Assembly: GCA_030390025.1 (NCBI GenBank)
Contig: CM059438.1
Location: 58,158,001 to 58,222,000 of the forward strand
DNA from: Squalus acanthias
Lineage: Eukaryota
DNA length: 64,000 nucleotides
Direction of reading: 5' to 3'
Part shown: positions 13,301 through 25,961 of the stretch, one piece after another
Numbering within the stretch: position 1 is the first letter of the stretch
Layout: every line of letters starts with the position of its first letter
Notes under the pieces: model-generated
Databases searched by the model: none
The model's input: only the letters and a program-made list of their open reading frames with translations
What the model was told of the DNA's origin: nothing
Position numbers and translations under genes: made by a program

Positions 13301-14881
13301 TGAGGGATAGTACATGCACAAATGTTTGCAATTTTTAATCCACTAAAACCAGGTGTATTTCACTGTACTTACTGTCAGATGAAGATGGCTATGTGTGTCT
13401 TCATTTATAGAACTTTGTAAGTCCTTCTAAATGTCATGGTTGAGGTAGTAAACCTTTACATTGGGCTGACCCCTCACTCAAGTAAAAAAATTCAGTTCAT
13501 TCCATCCATATTGTTCACTGCATTCATAGTGGTCTGTGTTAGCATCTTGTTGTTAGAAGTAAGTCTAGCTTTGTTGCATTTTTATTTTTGAATGGTGTGT
13601 TTTAATAAGAATAAATTCATTTTTTTTATAGTCATATCATGGTGGATAAATAATTGTGTGCACCTGGAATTAGTATAATGTATATTAATATAAAACACAA
13701 ATTACAGTACAATATCTATTACATCAAAACTTGCTTTATGATGCTTTTGACTTATAATACAATACTGTATGAGCCAATATAAGAATCAGTTGCAGTGTTG
13801 CACAAATAAACACCCAATGATTTTCATGATTTGGCTGAAAATGTGAACCAGAGTCTGCTGCATCAATATCCTTTCCTTCATTAAAGCAAGGATTTCTAAA
13901 CTTTTACAAATACCACCTGTGAGGTCACCATTTTCCAAGCAACCGTATCATACACCATTCATCATTCGAAGAGAAAAACAACCAGAGTAGCCAAGTTATG
14001 TTTTTACTAATATGGATTTTATCATGCCTAGCCTGCTGGCCTTTGCAATAATTCTAGAGAGACAGACTGAGGTGAAGAAGCAGTTCACAAAAGGTATGCA
14101 TTCACTGTCATTGCTTGGGGAGTCTACCTTCTAATCTAAAGAAGGAGAAGCAGGAAGAAGCATCACTGTTCAGTCTGAAAGCAAGGAGAAAGAGAAATGG
14201 TTTCTTGTCAGAACAACAGAATAAAAACTACAGCATATAAAGATTCTGCCTTCTTGAGGAATGCCAAGGTGGCTGGGTCTGGGAAATGACAGCTGGCAGG
14301 CAGAGTGTGCACAATGGAGCAGAAGGTATGAGGAACACATGAGGTTAGCAACATTGGAGTTTGTTGAAGATGAGATCGCTCAGTTTATATCAAAGAACAG
14401 GAAGGCACATAAATCAGGCTGACAGACAAGACAGGTATTTTTGCATTTTATTTTATTTAGAAAGTAAAATGCTTCTTCAGTAAAAAAAAGTACATTGAAA
14501 TTCTCTAAACAAGATCTGAAAGGATAATGGCACGGTGTACAATTATGGGGAATGGGAAGGGAGAGTTGCTAATGCAGTTTTTCTGATGTGTCACCTTGTC
14601 TGAATTTAAAAATATAAATGAAGATTAAAACACTTTAGAAACAAAATGATTTTAAGATACTACTGGTGAAATGATGAAGACATCCAAATAAAACAGGGGC
14701 TCCTCACGAAGAAGGCAACCAGAGGAAAATAACAGAACACAACTTAGAGCCCTGTATTTGGAATAAAAAGTGCATGTTAAGCAATGGGTTCATAAAAAGC
14801 AAGAAAAAAATCCCGGCAAACATGGCAAGCTTTTCAGAATGAGTACGACTGAAGAAGCAGAATGTCATGATCAATCAGGAC

Positions 14882-15201
14882 AAGGGTTGCCAACCCCCCA
14901 GGATTGCCCTGGTGTCTCCAGGAATTAAAGACTCATCTCCAGGACAAGGCTGCAAGCAACGCAGCAGAAAAATAATAGGGGCAATAAAAAATTAGGTTTT
15001 AAAAAAACATTTTCTTTGAACACTCTTATTTACTAGTTATAAAAATATTGGACATGGGAAAAAATGCTGTTTGACTCGACAGTCAAGAATCATCCAATCG
15101 GGTAATGAGTCTATTCACTTTCCGATTGTTGTAGGAAGGTTGTGCAGGAGGACATGCAATGAAACCTCAAGGAATATGTCCAACCAGAGTTGGCAACCCT
15201 A
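14882..15201. mobile_element. hAT-type MITE
   Basis: TIRs agggttgccaac / gttggcaaccct; decayed 8-bp flanks atcaggac / tttaggcc. Confidence 0.75.
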
Positions 15202-16812
15202 TTTAGGCCGACGGCACTGTTGTATAGTCAATAGAAGGAGTGAGCATGGATTCATATGCCTCGTTCATGCAGCAGTAAACCAGAACTGCCTTCTATATGT
15301 TGCCTGTCAATAACCAACTCTATTGATGGTGGCAAGTAGGCAGAACAACTCCCAGCTTTGAAACCTGCCAACACAGTGCTACCAGGGCTCAACAGCCCTG
15401 GAGAACAGAGATGGTATTGTAGTGCACCAGCACTGTGCTTAGTTGTAATTCTGAATTTTGACATTAGATTTTATTAAGCTTGTATTTGTGAGAACCAGGC
15501 AGCCTGATTCAATGCTCCCTGCCTTCCAGGCCCTGAACAATCCTTACTTTGCTGTTCTGTCCTGCTATGATTTCTTTAATTTATTTTACAGTAGATTGGT
15601 TGGCTGCATTTTCCATATTGCTATTCAATATACACGGTAACATTCATGCATTCAATCTAAATTTAATAAATTTTCAGTTTTTCAACTATAACCAGTGCTC
15701 CAGGGACTTTGATTTAGACATAAATTCCTGGCTTTATATTCATTTTTTTCATAAAATCTATTAAAAAGGGAAACAAAGATATTAAACAAAAACTTTGGTA
15801 ACATAAACATTGTGAAAAGAACACTGCTAAATTATACTTGAACCAGAAAAATGTTGAAGCAGCTAAAATGGTGTTGTGATGTTATCATGTACATGGGCAT
15901 CAATGCTGTGACATTTGGAAGTCAAATTTATCTTTTAATGAAAAGCAGGAGAATGCCTATTTTTCTCTATAACAAAAGCTGAGTTAACAAAATTACATTC
16001 TCAGATAATATGCGTTTCAAAGCTGTGCATTCCTGCGATTGTGTTAGTTTGTTGTTAATTACAGTATAGAGAAGAACATTCATTCTGCTGTTTTTTATTA
16101 GAGAAACTTCAGCCCCAAATTATTTCTAGGTCTAGCTCAATTGCTATGGGTGAAATCTAATTGAGCAGGCAAGACCCAAGCTTAGTACAGCTCAGCTTGC
16201 TTTTGTGATGATGTGACCAAATTCAGCTTGGGTGTGCCACAAGTCTACCTTTGTTCGTCCTATATCGTCTCAGTAATGGTCTAGCTCACTTTTGTGAGAA
16301 TGTGTTTCAGTAAGGGTCCAGCTCCTGTTTTCAAGCTCAATGTGAGCAATGAAACTAGCAAAAATTAGTAACTTTATTTTGTCCCTCCCCCCAACATTAC
16401 GTAAGATCACTTTGGAAAGGCAATATTTCTGAGCTTGACTGCAGCCAAAAACATAAATCCACCCTATGAAAAAATTACTCAATACATGGAAAATAAATCC
16501 AAAGTAGGAGGTGAAAAATGTCAAGATGAAAATAAAGGATTGTTGTAGTTGATAATGTGCGATTATTGTGTGACTTTGGTAGCCTTACAGTAACAAGTCA
16601 AGATAAAGATGAATTTCAAGAAGAACTTGATAAAATTGGTCAAGAAAAAAAAGAAATCTAAAAGGAAGAAAAAGTGTCTGCAGAGAGAAAGAGAAAGTCA
16701 AAACATCATTACATCATCACAGTTAATAAATGTATCAAAAAGGTCATGTCAGTAATTTAATTTAGAAATTTCATCCTCATCATCACCATCATCAAAAAGC
16801 AGTTGAAAGAAC

Positions 16813-16948
16813 ATGATCCTTGCAAATGGTGAAGGATGATTCTTGGGAATGATAAAGAACATGATTTGTTGGAATTGTGTAAAACATGATGCTTGGACAT
16901 GGCAGAAGACATGATGCTTAGGAATGATGAAATATATGAATCTAGTGA
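16813..16948 (-). promoter_or_regulatory. YCAY cluster downstream of C1 (putative Nova-type splicing enhancer)
   Basis: About 13 YCAY in about 136 nt on the transcript strand. Confidence 0.6.
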
Positions 16949-17290
16949 ACGAACCTAGACTCTTTTGGTGGTTGTGGGATTTAACTGAAGGTTATTCTCA
17001 TCATGAATGGATCAGTGATAAGCATGGGGAATTTCCTTTAGAACATAGTTCAAGACCAGGGCAACTAACAATGGCAATGAGAGCAAGAACAAGTGTCAGA
17101 CAGAAACATTCAAGGATGTTATCAACACTTCTGGAGTTCTCCCAAGTTCTCCTCCTTCCTTTGCCCAGTGTTAAGGATGTAATGCAGCTGTTTCACATGG
17201 GCATGTGGTGAGGTGGATATGTAATAGTACTGAATGAGCTTTGGGCTAATGGACTCATGGCATGGTGAAAGGAGTCCCAATTCCTCTTAC

Positions 17291-17401
17291 CGTGTCTTTG
17301 GAAGACCTACGTCTCTTGAAGCTGGAGGTCAGTGTTGAAGTGAGCGATCTAAAAGATGCTTTCTTTTTAGGGTCAGGCTCTGCGCTACCACTTTTTCTAT
17401 C
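17291..17401 (-). CDS. grin1: GluN1 C1 cassette exon (mammalian exon 21; 111 nt, 37 aa): [37 protein letters not shown]
   Basis: Phase 0-0 exon, ctgttctag| ... ACG|gtaaga; KKK and RRR ER-retention motifs and SS phospho-pairs conserved. Confidence 0.98.
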
Positions 17402-19703
17402 CTAGAACAGATATATTTGATGTTATTGACTTTTTTTCTGTCGGTAGTAGCTATTTATAATCTAGCTTTGTCTAATAATTGTTGTGGCAAGCAGAAATCA
17501 AGTCGATGTACACTTCAGATAATTTGCTTGGCAAATCTATGTGGTAACTTGGTCCAAGAAAGGCAGTTCCAACGAACTGTTTAGGAAAGGAAGTGATTAA
17601 TCACTATTAGGGTCCCATATTGTTCACTGGCAAAGGAGGATCTAACTGTCAAGCAGCATTATCGGTAGAATCAAAGGAAAAACCTCACCACAAGCTGAGA
17701 TTTGTGAAAGAGCAGTGAATCTAATGAATGTGACTCAGATCTTGAAGATGAGAATGTATGAACCTTCATGTATGTAGTGCACTGGTCACTAATACACTAG
17801 TGTTCTTTGTGTGATTTCCAAAGCAATTTTAGAAATAAAATAAAATCTAAAAAAATTATTAGTCAACATAAATTGAAAACAAAATAAGTAATATTTAAAC
17901 ACTGTCATTAAAATAAAAAGTACCATTATCATTAAATCACATTCACACTATTCTGTGTTTTTTTTAAATCGATGCCTTTGTGTTGTGAACAGCAGTGAGA
18001 GATACATTATTTTGAGGCAAAACAATCAGTCTCTTCCAATGAATAACTCTTGTTCCAAATTGATTCCTCCTCTAGTGTCCTGAAGAGTTGGAGTCCTTTT
18101 CAAAGAGTGCAGAGGAATGCATTTGATAACCATAACTGAAAGAGCCAATAGGCTCCACTTCAGTTATCTAAGACTGAGGTGCCAGCAGTCACTACTTCCT
18201 GTGTGGAGCCAGACTCTTCATTCACTTGGATCCGTTACCTTTTGAAATATTGTTTCCAACCAAAATAAAAACATTATTTAGGGCTTTCTAATCTTGAGCT
18301 TTGAACTGTGGAGTCAAGAGTACAATGACAAGAGTGCCAATGCAGACGATGTCTGCCAAGTTTGAAAACAAAACTTGAGTTCTTTTAAAAGGATTTTCAC
18401 ATTCAGAAAGACTCTGGCAGAGACAGATGCTGGCAAACAGACACATGGACTGACAGTCAAGACACTCAAAGACAGACACCAGAGCAAGGTGAGTTTCATA
18501 GTATTGTTCCAGTTTATATGATGCAAAAGTTGAATTTACACAAGAGCCCCAGGTAAATCAGCCTTCTATTACTATAAAGTCACTGTTGGATTGAACTCAG
18601 TATTGAAACATCAGCAATGGGTGTAGGTTACACCTCTATTTTGTATTTCCTTCAACAGTAAACCTAATAATGAAGAAAAACAAGAATCTCCAAAAAGCAG
18701 TCCTTTTTACCATCTCCACTCCTCGCTTAATTTTTTTAATTTCCCAATTTTTTCCCCAGGAATGGCACTGAGGTAATCTTATATAAGAGGAAAGTCACAC
18801 AGACAGGAGTGCAGTTGGACACGATGTCAACATACCTTCAACATTAGTACTGTTCGCTTCTCTATTGACAGGATCCAGAATAGTAAAGTGAAACAGCCAA
18901 GGATGGAGATTGCGCAGAGCAATATTAGCAATGAATGAGTTCATATGAAATTCCTTTAACCACAATTTTTGATGGTGTTAACCCTTTTAAAATAAATAGA
19001 TTGTCATCATTAAAGTGGCAGATAAAGGAATTTGATACAAATGCATTAGCACATTTATTACTAATATCATACGAGGCAATTTAAACCCTTTTCTCTTAAA
19101 TGTATTGCTCTGTCTAGTGCCCTGGCCAAAAATAATTCATCTTTGACCAAAATATGATGTCTCACCGAGTACTTCAGCTAAGATGTTCCATCTAAATGTC
19201 TAGTACTCCATCGAAATCAGGTGTCCCATCTAGCAAGTTGAACAAAGTGAAAAGTCCACTCTTTTGGCCAAGAGCTCATAAAGGTCATTCCAAGTGTAGG
19301 TGGAAGTTTGGAGATCCAGGCACCCAAAGTTGTGAAGCAAGTATAAGGTCAGCTGATAAAGAGCTGCTTTGCAAGCCAATAGTAGTAGGTAAATTTTTTT
19401 TGAATAGTGCCCCATTCTGTTGGTTATGTTAATTGCTATTTGCAAAACACAAATGTTCATGTCCCAAATTTAGATAGAAATAGCCTTCTTTCTCCATTCA
19501 GGGGTAACAGATCTTCTGTGTAGATGCTTCTTTTGCATGTCAATACAATTCACTCCTCATGTAGAACAGACAACTATTGCTTTTCTGGAGACATTAAAAT
19601 CACAGATACAAATTTCCTCAGTGCCTACAAGAAAAGCATATGGAGTTACATGTAGCACTCCCTCTGAAGGGTTCAACATATCTGTTCTTCACTCCAGACA
19701 TTT

Positions 19704-20920
19704 AGGGGGAAAAATACATCCCCTTAGCGCCGCCCGTTAGTGCCAGTAGCTGCGGCATTGAGACCAGTACTGACAGGGCGAAGCGAATCCAGCACTGCAT
19801 GCCAAATCAGGACCCCCGTAGCGCTGCCGGTAACAGCTATCGCCAGGGACCTCAATGCCAGTGAGTTTGTGATGTCAGTGAGTGTGCAAAGCTCACTGAA
19901 TATCCGATTTCCCAAATTGCTTTTAGCTACTTACCTCACTGCCTGGAGTAAACACCGACAGGGATTGCTGGCATGCAGCACCAGGAAGCAGGCTGCAGGG
20001 ACGTTATTTAAAGGGATCATCAGTAATCACTCGCACCTGTCAGGTTAGTGCAGTTTCATTGGCTTTTTGTTAGTTTCCGCTACTGCAACAGTTTCATTGA
20101 GTAATTTCAAGGTTATTTTGTATCAGGAGTCTTGAGGCAAGTACAAAGTCGCTACATTTATTCTTCAAAGATTTAAACTGCGACACTTGGTAAGATTAAT
20201 GTGGGCTGTACTGGCATGCCACCTCGCTCTACAGCGGAGGGAGCGTAGGTAGCGAGAAAGACGGGAACATGTGCACAGAGGGAGGAGGACAAGGATGAGG
20301 AGGAAGAAGACGAAGAGGAAGAAGATGAGGAGGAAGAAGATGACGAACAGGAGGGAGGGAAGAGGCAGCCGGACAATCGGGCTTCTGGATGAGCAGTCCA
20401 TGATGTGGTGTGCCATCTCCCTCCACATAATGCGGTAGACTTGTGGTGAGGGCCTTCTGCCACTTGATGGGTACAGGACTGCCTGCCTTCTCTCCAGTGC
20501 TAAAACCAATGCCTCCAAAGCTTCATGGGAAAACCTGTGGGCTCTCTCCCTGGGGTGGTGATCTGCCATGAAGATTTATAAATAAGTGCTCCTTCTCCTT
20601 CTTCTTATGGTTGTTGAGGCAGCTGCACAGCCAACAATGCTGAGAATGAGGTGCTACAGCATCAATGAACCTCCCTTTTAAGTAGTGAAAAAAGCCTGTG
20701 GCAATCATCAATAATGATTAGACTGCATCCGATATTGGTCCAGCCTTTAAGTGTAACGCCAGTGAGCTTGGGTTTTTAGACTTGATTTAAGACTCCAATC
20801 ATTTTCTTGAGCAGTGAGAATGAATTTTGCATACAGTCTAGAGCATTTTCACCTGGCACTACTTCACCATCTTTTGTCCTAACGCCACCCATTCCTTGGC
20901 TATAACAAATTTCTAGCCCT
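19704..20920. mobile_element. Internally deleted Harbinger derivative
   Basis: Minus ORF with SANT start RFSHEALEALVLALERR; plus-strand transposase leader; terminal aaatttctagccc. Confidence 0.7.
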
Positions 20921-21271
20921 TAAAGTCTCAATTATTTTAATCTTATTAAAACAGTGGCAATGTGGCATGAGTCTAGCAAGAATCGTTCCTAAAACATAAA
21001 TAATCACTGAGGTAGACTGAAAACTGGAGAAGACATGTCCACTGTAGTCATTTATACCAAACTTTTAAAATAATTCAGATTTACTTGAGTTCAAGTCTTC
21101 AGATTTCCTGCAAAATTCTCAAACTAACAGTTTGTATTCTGCAAGCAACCATAGCAAATTTTATGCTAGTTACATTTTGTTTAAACAAAAACATAAAAAT
21201 GATGCAAACCACACAGCAGATCAGGCAGCATGTGTGAACATTCTGAAGATTAATCCACACCTGAGACATAT

Positions 21272-24200
21272 GGGGGGCTTAATTTGGCTCGCCCCCGAAA
21301 ACGGGCTGAAGGATCGCAATGCACGATTAACCCGCGCCCATTGACTGCAAAGTAGACAGCATGCCAACTTTGTGCTGCCTGCTCATTTAAATGATCTATG
21401 CATCCAGCCAGCACTAACCATGCTGTTATTAGCTGGACGCATCAGCAGGGGACCAATATCGTGAGAGGCTAGCACCAGTTAAAGCTAGCCTGCACTGCTT
21501 AAAGCTAGCCTGCGCCTTTTAAAGGGGAGATGCATATTGTGGCTGGAGCAGGTGCTGAGAGTTGTGCTTGAAGAGATTCTGACCTGGGAAACAGTGAAGA
21601 ATGGCACAAAATTGGAGCCAGGGGGCTCCAAGATTTTTGGACGCTGCACTGGAGGCCTTGGTGGAGGAGGTGGAAAGTAGGAGAGATGTCCTGTATCTGC
21701 AGGAGGCCCTCCAGACACACGCTCAGAAGGCAGTGGGAGCAGATAGCCGTGGAGGTCAATGCCAGGAGTCAAACCCTGAGGACCTGGATGCAGTACCGCA
21801 AGAAGTTTAATGACATCCCACGAGTGGTCAAGGTCAGTGAATGTATCTTCAAATGCCATATCCTACCAACTGCACCACTAGCCTCAGCCATTGCTCAATG
21901 CACCACATCTCCATCACTCACCTACCAACAATCTTTATAAATCAGGACTCATACCAAACATTGATAGCTTCACCTCACCCTCACACACGTAGCACTACTG
22001 CCAGCCTCATACCCACATCTCAAAGCTTGCACACACTGCCAGCTATTTAACCATGACAGCCACTTCACCCAAATAGATTGCACGACACTCACTGACACAC
22101 TTCTCTCTCGCAGGACAAGGTGGCGCATAATCTGAGGCAGCAGGAGCTAACCAGCAGGGGACAGAAGCACCTGCATGTCCTAACCCTGATAGAGGAGACG
22201 ATGCTGGCCATTATCGGAATGGCCACTGGTGAGGCTGTGGCCAGCAGCAGAGCTGAAACCATCGAAGATAACGGTATCCTCGTACCTAATCCTCCTTCTC
22301 ACATCCCACTTTCCCCTCATCCCACAATTTCTTCAGAGGTACAAGCTGCAGATGGTGAAAGCATGCACCTCTTACTCACCCCCCTCAACACAACCTTACC
22401 ATTGTGTCTTTCTCCTTTCTGATACCCAGGCAGTGGAGGAACAGCAAGAAGACAGTGATGATGAAAACACACCGTCATTCAATTTCACACTTGCAGCCAC
22501 TAGCTCAGATACCGACACTATGCGTAGTTTAGAGGCTAGCATAGAGACGGGATCAGCACATGGTGTGGCACCGGGCACGAGTGGCCTGCAGCCAGAGCAG
22601 GGGGCAAGGATAGTGCAGGTAGGTGTCAGCTCGCTGGAGGGCGAGGTTGCACACGGGTTCTGCTGTAGAGGACTCAGATGAAGACTTCGATGGGCCAGGC
22701 TACAGAAGAAGGCTGATGGGTATACACAATTAAATGCTTGGTGCATTGGCAGGCTTGCCAGAAAGCCTGCGTGCAATGTTAAGGGGCATGGAAGAGTCTG
22801 GCACTAAGTTGGCATAGAACTTTGTGCAGAGCTTGGAGCCCATCCTTTACAACATGGAAGTGGTGGCCAACTCTGTTTGCACACCTGTGGACCCAATCAT
22901 GATGCAGCGTCTGATGGCTGATGTCGCAGCTTCCATTGCAGCACAAGTAGCAGCCACCCAACGTCTAAGTGCTGCAGTGGGAGTGCAGACTGCTGCCATG
23001 CAAGTTCAGCTTGCTACCAAGCAAGCTCAGACTGCTGCCATCATGGCTGTGGATTACAGTGTGCAAAGAGGCTTGCAGGTTGTCACAGCAGTCCAGCAAT
23101 CTGTCCTCCAAAGATTACTGAGGCGCCGCCCCGAGGGAGTGGCAATGGCTCCATGTAGCACGAACCTGCTGTCCTCTCTCAGGAAGACAGCTTTCATCCT
23201 CCCACCACTGCCACTCTGCCAGTGCCCTTGCTGTTGGCTGTCAGCCAGCCAGCCCAGACTGCTGCTGCCCATGTCGAGATGGTGTAGTCTGCAGCCGGGC
23301 CTTCTAGGCCCAAAGCTGCTCAAAGTCATCCACCAAGGCCATCTGCAGACTCACCCACTGAAAGTCAGCAGCCTTCCACCAGCCGTGCTGCAGCCCACTG
23401 GGGTAGCACTGTGTAGGAGCACTGGGACAGGCAAAGGCACATGGAAGACAGTCACCAAGGGATTGCACAAGGGTGATTAGTTGAATTTTGTATGCAATAT
23501 GGCATGATTTTATTTATAAATTTGGTTTGGAATGTTTATTTTTTGGTGGCTTTTATTTTTGCATTGTGGCCAAGTGGATGTTATGATGGTCAGTGACAGA
23601 GGGAACTTAAGGTGTGGGACTGTTGGTGAATGGAGAATTGGAGTTGCAGGTTACTGGTATCGCACTCGGATGAGTTCTTCATGGACAACCTGGGCAGAAA
23701 GGAACCGTCTAGGTTGCCTCCTCCCTTCCTCTATTTCCTCCTCCTCCTCATGCTTCTACTCCTCAGCTGCTCGCCATATAGCTGGTGGCAAGGGCTATGT
23801 CCACATGATGGCAAGGTTGTGCAGCATGCAGCAGACCACCACAAATCTTGACACCCTCTCTGCCCAGTACTGCAGGACTCCTCCAGAGTGGTCCTGGCAG
23901 CAGAAGTGTTGTTTCAGCAAGCCAATGGTCTGCTCTATCACATTTCGTGTGGCTGCATGGTTTTCATTGTATGCATGCTGTGCACGTGTGCGTGAGTTGC
24001 GCACCGGGCTCATGAGCCATGTTGTCAGCGAATAGTGCTTGTCACCCAGTAGCCACCCTTTGGTTTGCTGTGATGGCTGAAATGCAGCTGCCACAGCGGA
24101 CTGCCGCAGAATGAAGACATCATGAGTGCTGCCAGGATACCGAGCATTGACCTGCACGATGTGCTGCCTATGGTCACACACCAGCTGGGCTTTGAGGGCG

Positions 24201-25452
24201 TGGAATCCCTTTTGGTTCCGGTATAGGCCAGAGTTGACATGTGGCGCCCGCAAAGCAATGTGCGAGCAATCAATGGCACCCTTCACCATGGGGAAGCCTG
24301 CAATCCTAGCGATGCCACGTGCTTGCTCTGCCTGCTTGTCTCTGGCAAGACAAAATTAAATGTAGTTAGCTGTCTTTGAATAGAGAGCCTCAGTGACCTC
24401 CCTTATGCAACCGTGGATGGCAAACTGCGAGATGTTGCAAATATCTCCAGCTCCAGCCTGGAAGGAGCCAGATGCATAAATGTTCAAGGCCACAGTCATC
24501 TTCACAGCCACTGGCAATGCGGTCCTTGCCCTGCTCTGAGGTTGGAGTTGTGGCTGCAGCTGGTGGCAGATTTCAGTGAGGACATCCGTACTGAAGCGCA
24601 GACGTCTCACACATTGCTCCTCACTGAGGTTGAAGTAGGAGAGTTGCTCCCTGAACACCCTGGGTGGATATGGCCTCCTGCTGAGAGCTCTTGTCCCCCT
24701 CTTCCTCCTCACTCTTCCAGCAGCTTGTCCTGCTCTGCGTGGCCTCTGTTCATTCTCCAAATCATGCTGTATTCCAAGGGGATTTCCTAGGAGTGCACCC
24801 CTTGTCTGGCAGCAAGTGCTTTGTGCAGAAGCCTTGAAGTCAGCAAGAAGTCCTTCAGCACCTGCCAGACCACTCCCTGCAGACTATTGCAACTGGAAAG
24901 AACTATAGAAAGCACCAAACACTTGTAGAATCGTAGCAACAGCCAGAAGAAATCAACCAGCATCTAACCTGTAACGAAAGGTCATCGACCTGAAACGTTA
25001 ACTCTCTTTCTCTCTCCACGGATGCTGCCTGGCCTGCTGAGTTTTTCCAGCGTTTTCTGTTGTTATTTCAGATTTCCAGCATCCGCAGTATTTTGCTATC
25101 GTCTAACCTGTAAGTAGTTGATGATCCCTTTAAATAGCACTGGTGAGGGAGTCCTTCTTACTGCTGAACACACGTGTTCAGCTGTGCGAGCTTAAGAGAG
25201 GGCGTTGGCTGGAGCGTGGAGTTCCAAAATGGCGCCACTGGCATCAAATCAGCATTGCACTCTGATTGATGTCATGATCTGCCTGCTCTGCATACTTCCA
25301 GTGGACGTTAGCTGTGTGCGCGCTAGTGCCCTCACCAATATGGCGTTCGACGTGATTTGCCCCACAAGTGTGCATGCGCATCGGATGCCATTTTGGTATC
25401 CAAACGGTAACCATAGCGCCCAAACAGCGGGTGCTACCAATCTCAATTTTGC
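21272..25452. mobile_element. Near-complete decayed PIF/Harbinger transposon: spliced Myb/SANT gene (+, ~21601-23480) convergent with DDE transposase (-, ~23650-24800)
   Basis: RFLDAALEALVEEV/RKKFND SANT motifs; GAIDCSHI, YPGSTHD, WLLGD, RNVIEQTIG, CCMLHN transposase motifs; stops and frameshifts. Confidence 0.92.
24975..25101 (+). mobile_element. 127-bp Penelope 3'-end insertion with 12-bp TSD
   Basis: tctaacctgtaa at 24963-24974 and 25102-25113; matches the pLTR of the 45803-49450 element. Confidence 0.9.
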
Positions 25453-25894
25453 ACTGCCCCTCTCTCCACAGACTCTGCCTGACCTGCTGCATTTTCTGTT
25501 TGAGGTCTCGAGCATCTGTAGATAGTATTGGTCTGATGGTAACAGCTTGATAAATGGATAAGAAAATATCTCAGGATCTGTCAATGCACAAGATTCTTAT
25601 ACAAGCATATCAGACGCATTGCCAACAGAAGGGAGGGATCAACCTCTCGTAAAAATGAATCACTGCAGCCTGTGAGGTGCACATTGGGATCACTAGGGTC
25701 ATTAGGTGTGACAGAAAATGTATTAGTAACACTCATCATGTCGCTAAAGCAACAAGAATTATTAATAATTTGTATCTTTGTGGAGATGTAGTGAATTAAG
25801 CTGCAAGAAGAATTAAAACTCGCCAAGAGATAGAAGTTACCAGATATTGGTTAATCCTTCTCCTGCTCTCTCACACGTAAATTTTCTTTCAATT

Positions 25895-25961
25895 GATAAA
25901 AGGGAGGCAATTGTTTGACTGCTTGCTTACCAAGCAGTCAAACAATTGTCTCCCTTTTATC
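25895..25961. repeat. 31-bp inverted repeat with 5-nt loop (1 mismatch)
   Basis: gataaaagggaggcaattgtttgactgcttg-cttac-caagcagtcaaacaattgtctcccttttatc. Confidence 0.95.

Noticed and set aside
10000..13620. Decayed endogenous viral glycoprotein on the plus strand
   Set aside because: Frames are full of stops with no diagnostic motif; the region is explained as grin1 intron, C2' exon and 3' UTR
16800..16950. C/D snoRNA cluster (many RTGATGA-like motifs)
   Set aside because: Motifs are antisense to the host gene and lack paired CTGA boxes with terminal stems
23795..24760. Domesticated HARBI1 host gene
   Set aside because: Frameshifted, multi-copy, and paired with a SANT gene inside transposon ends
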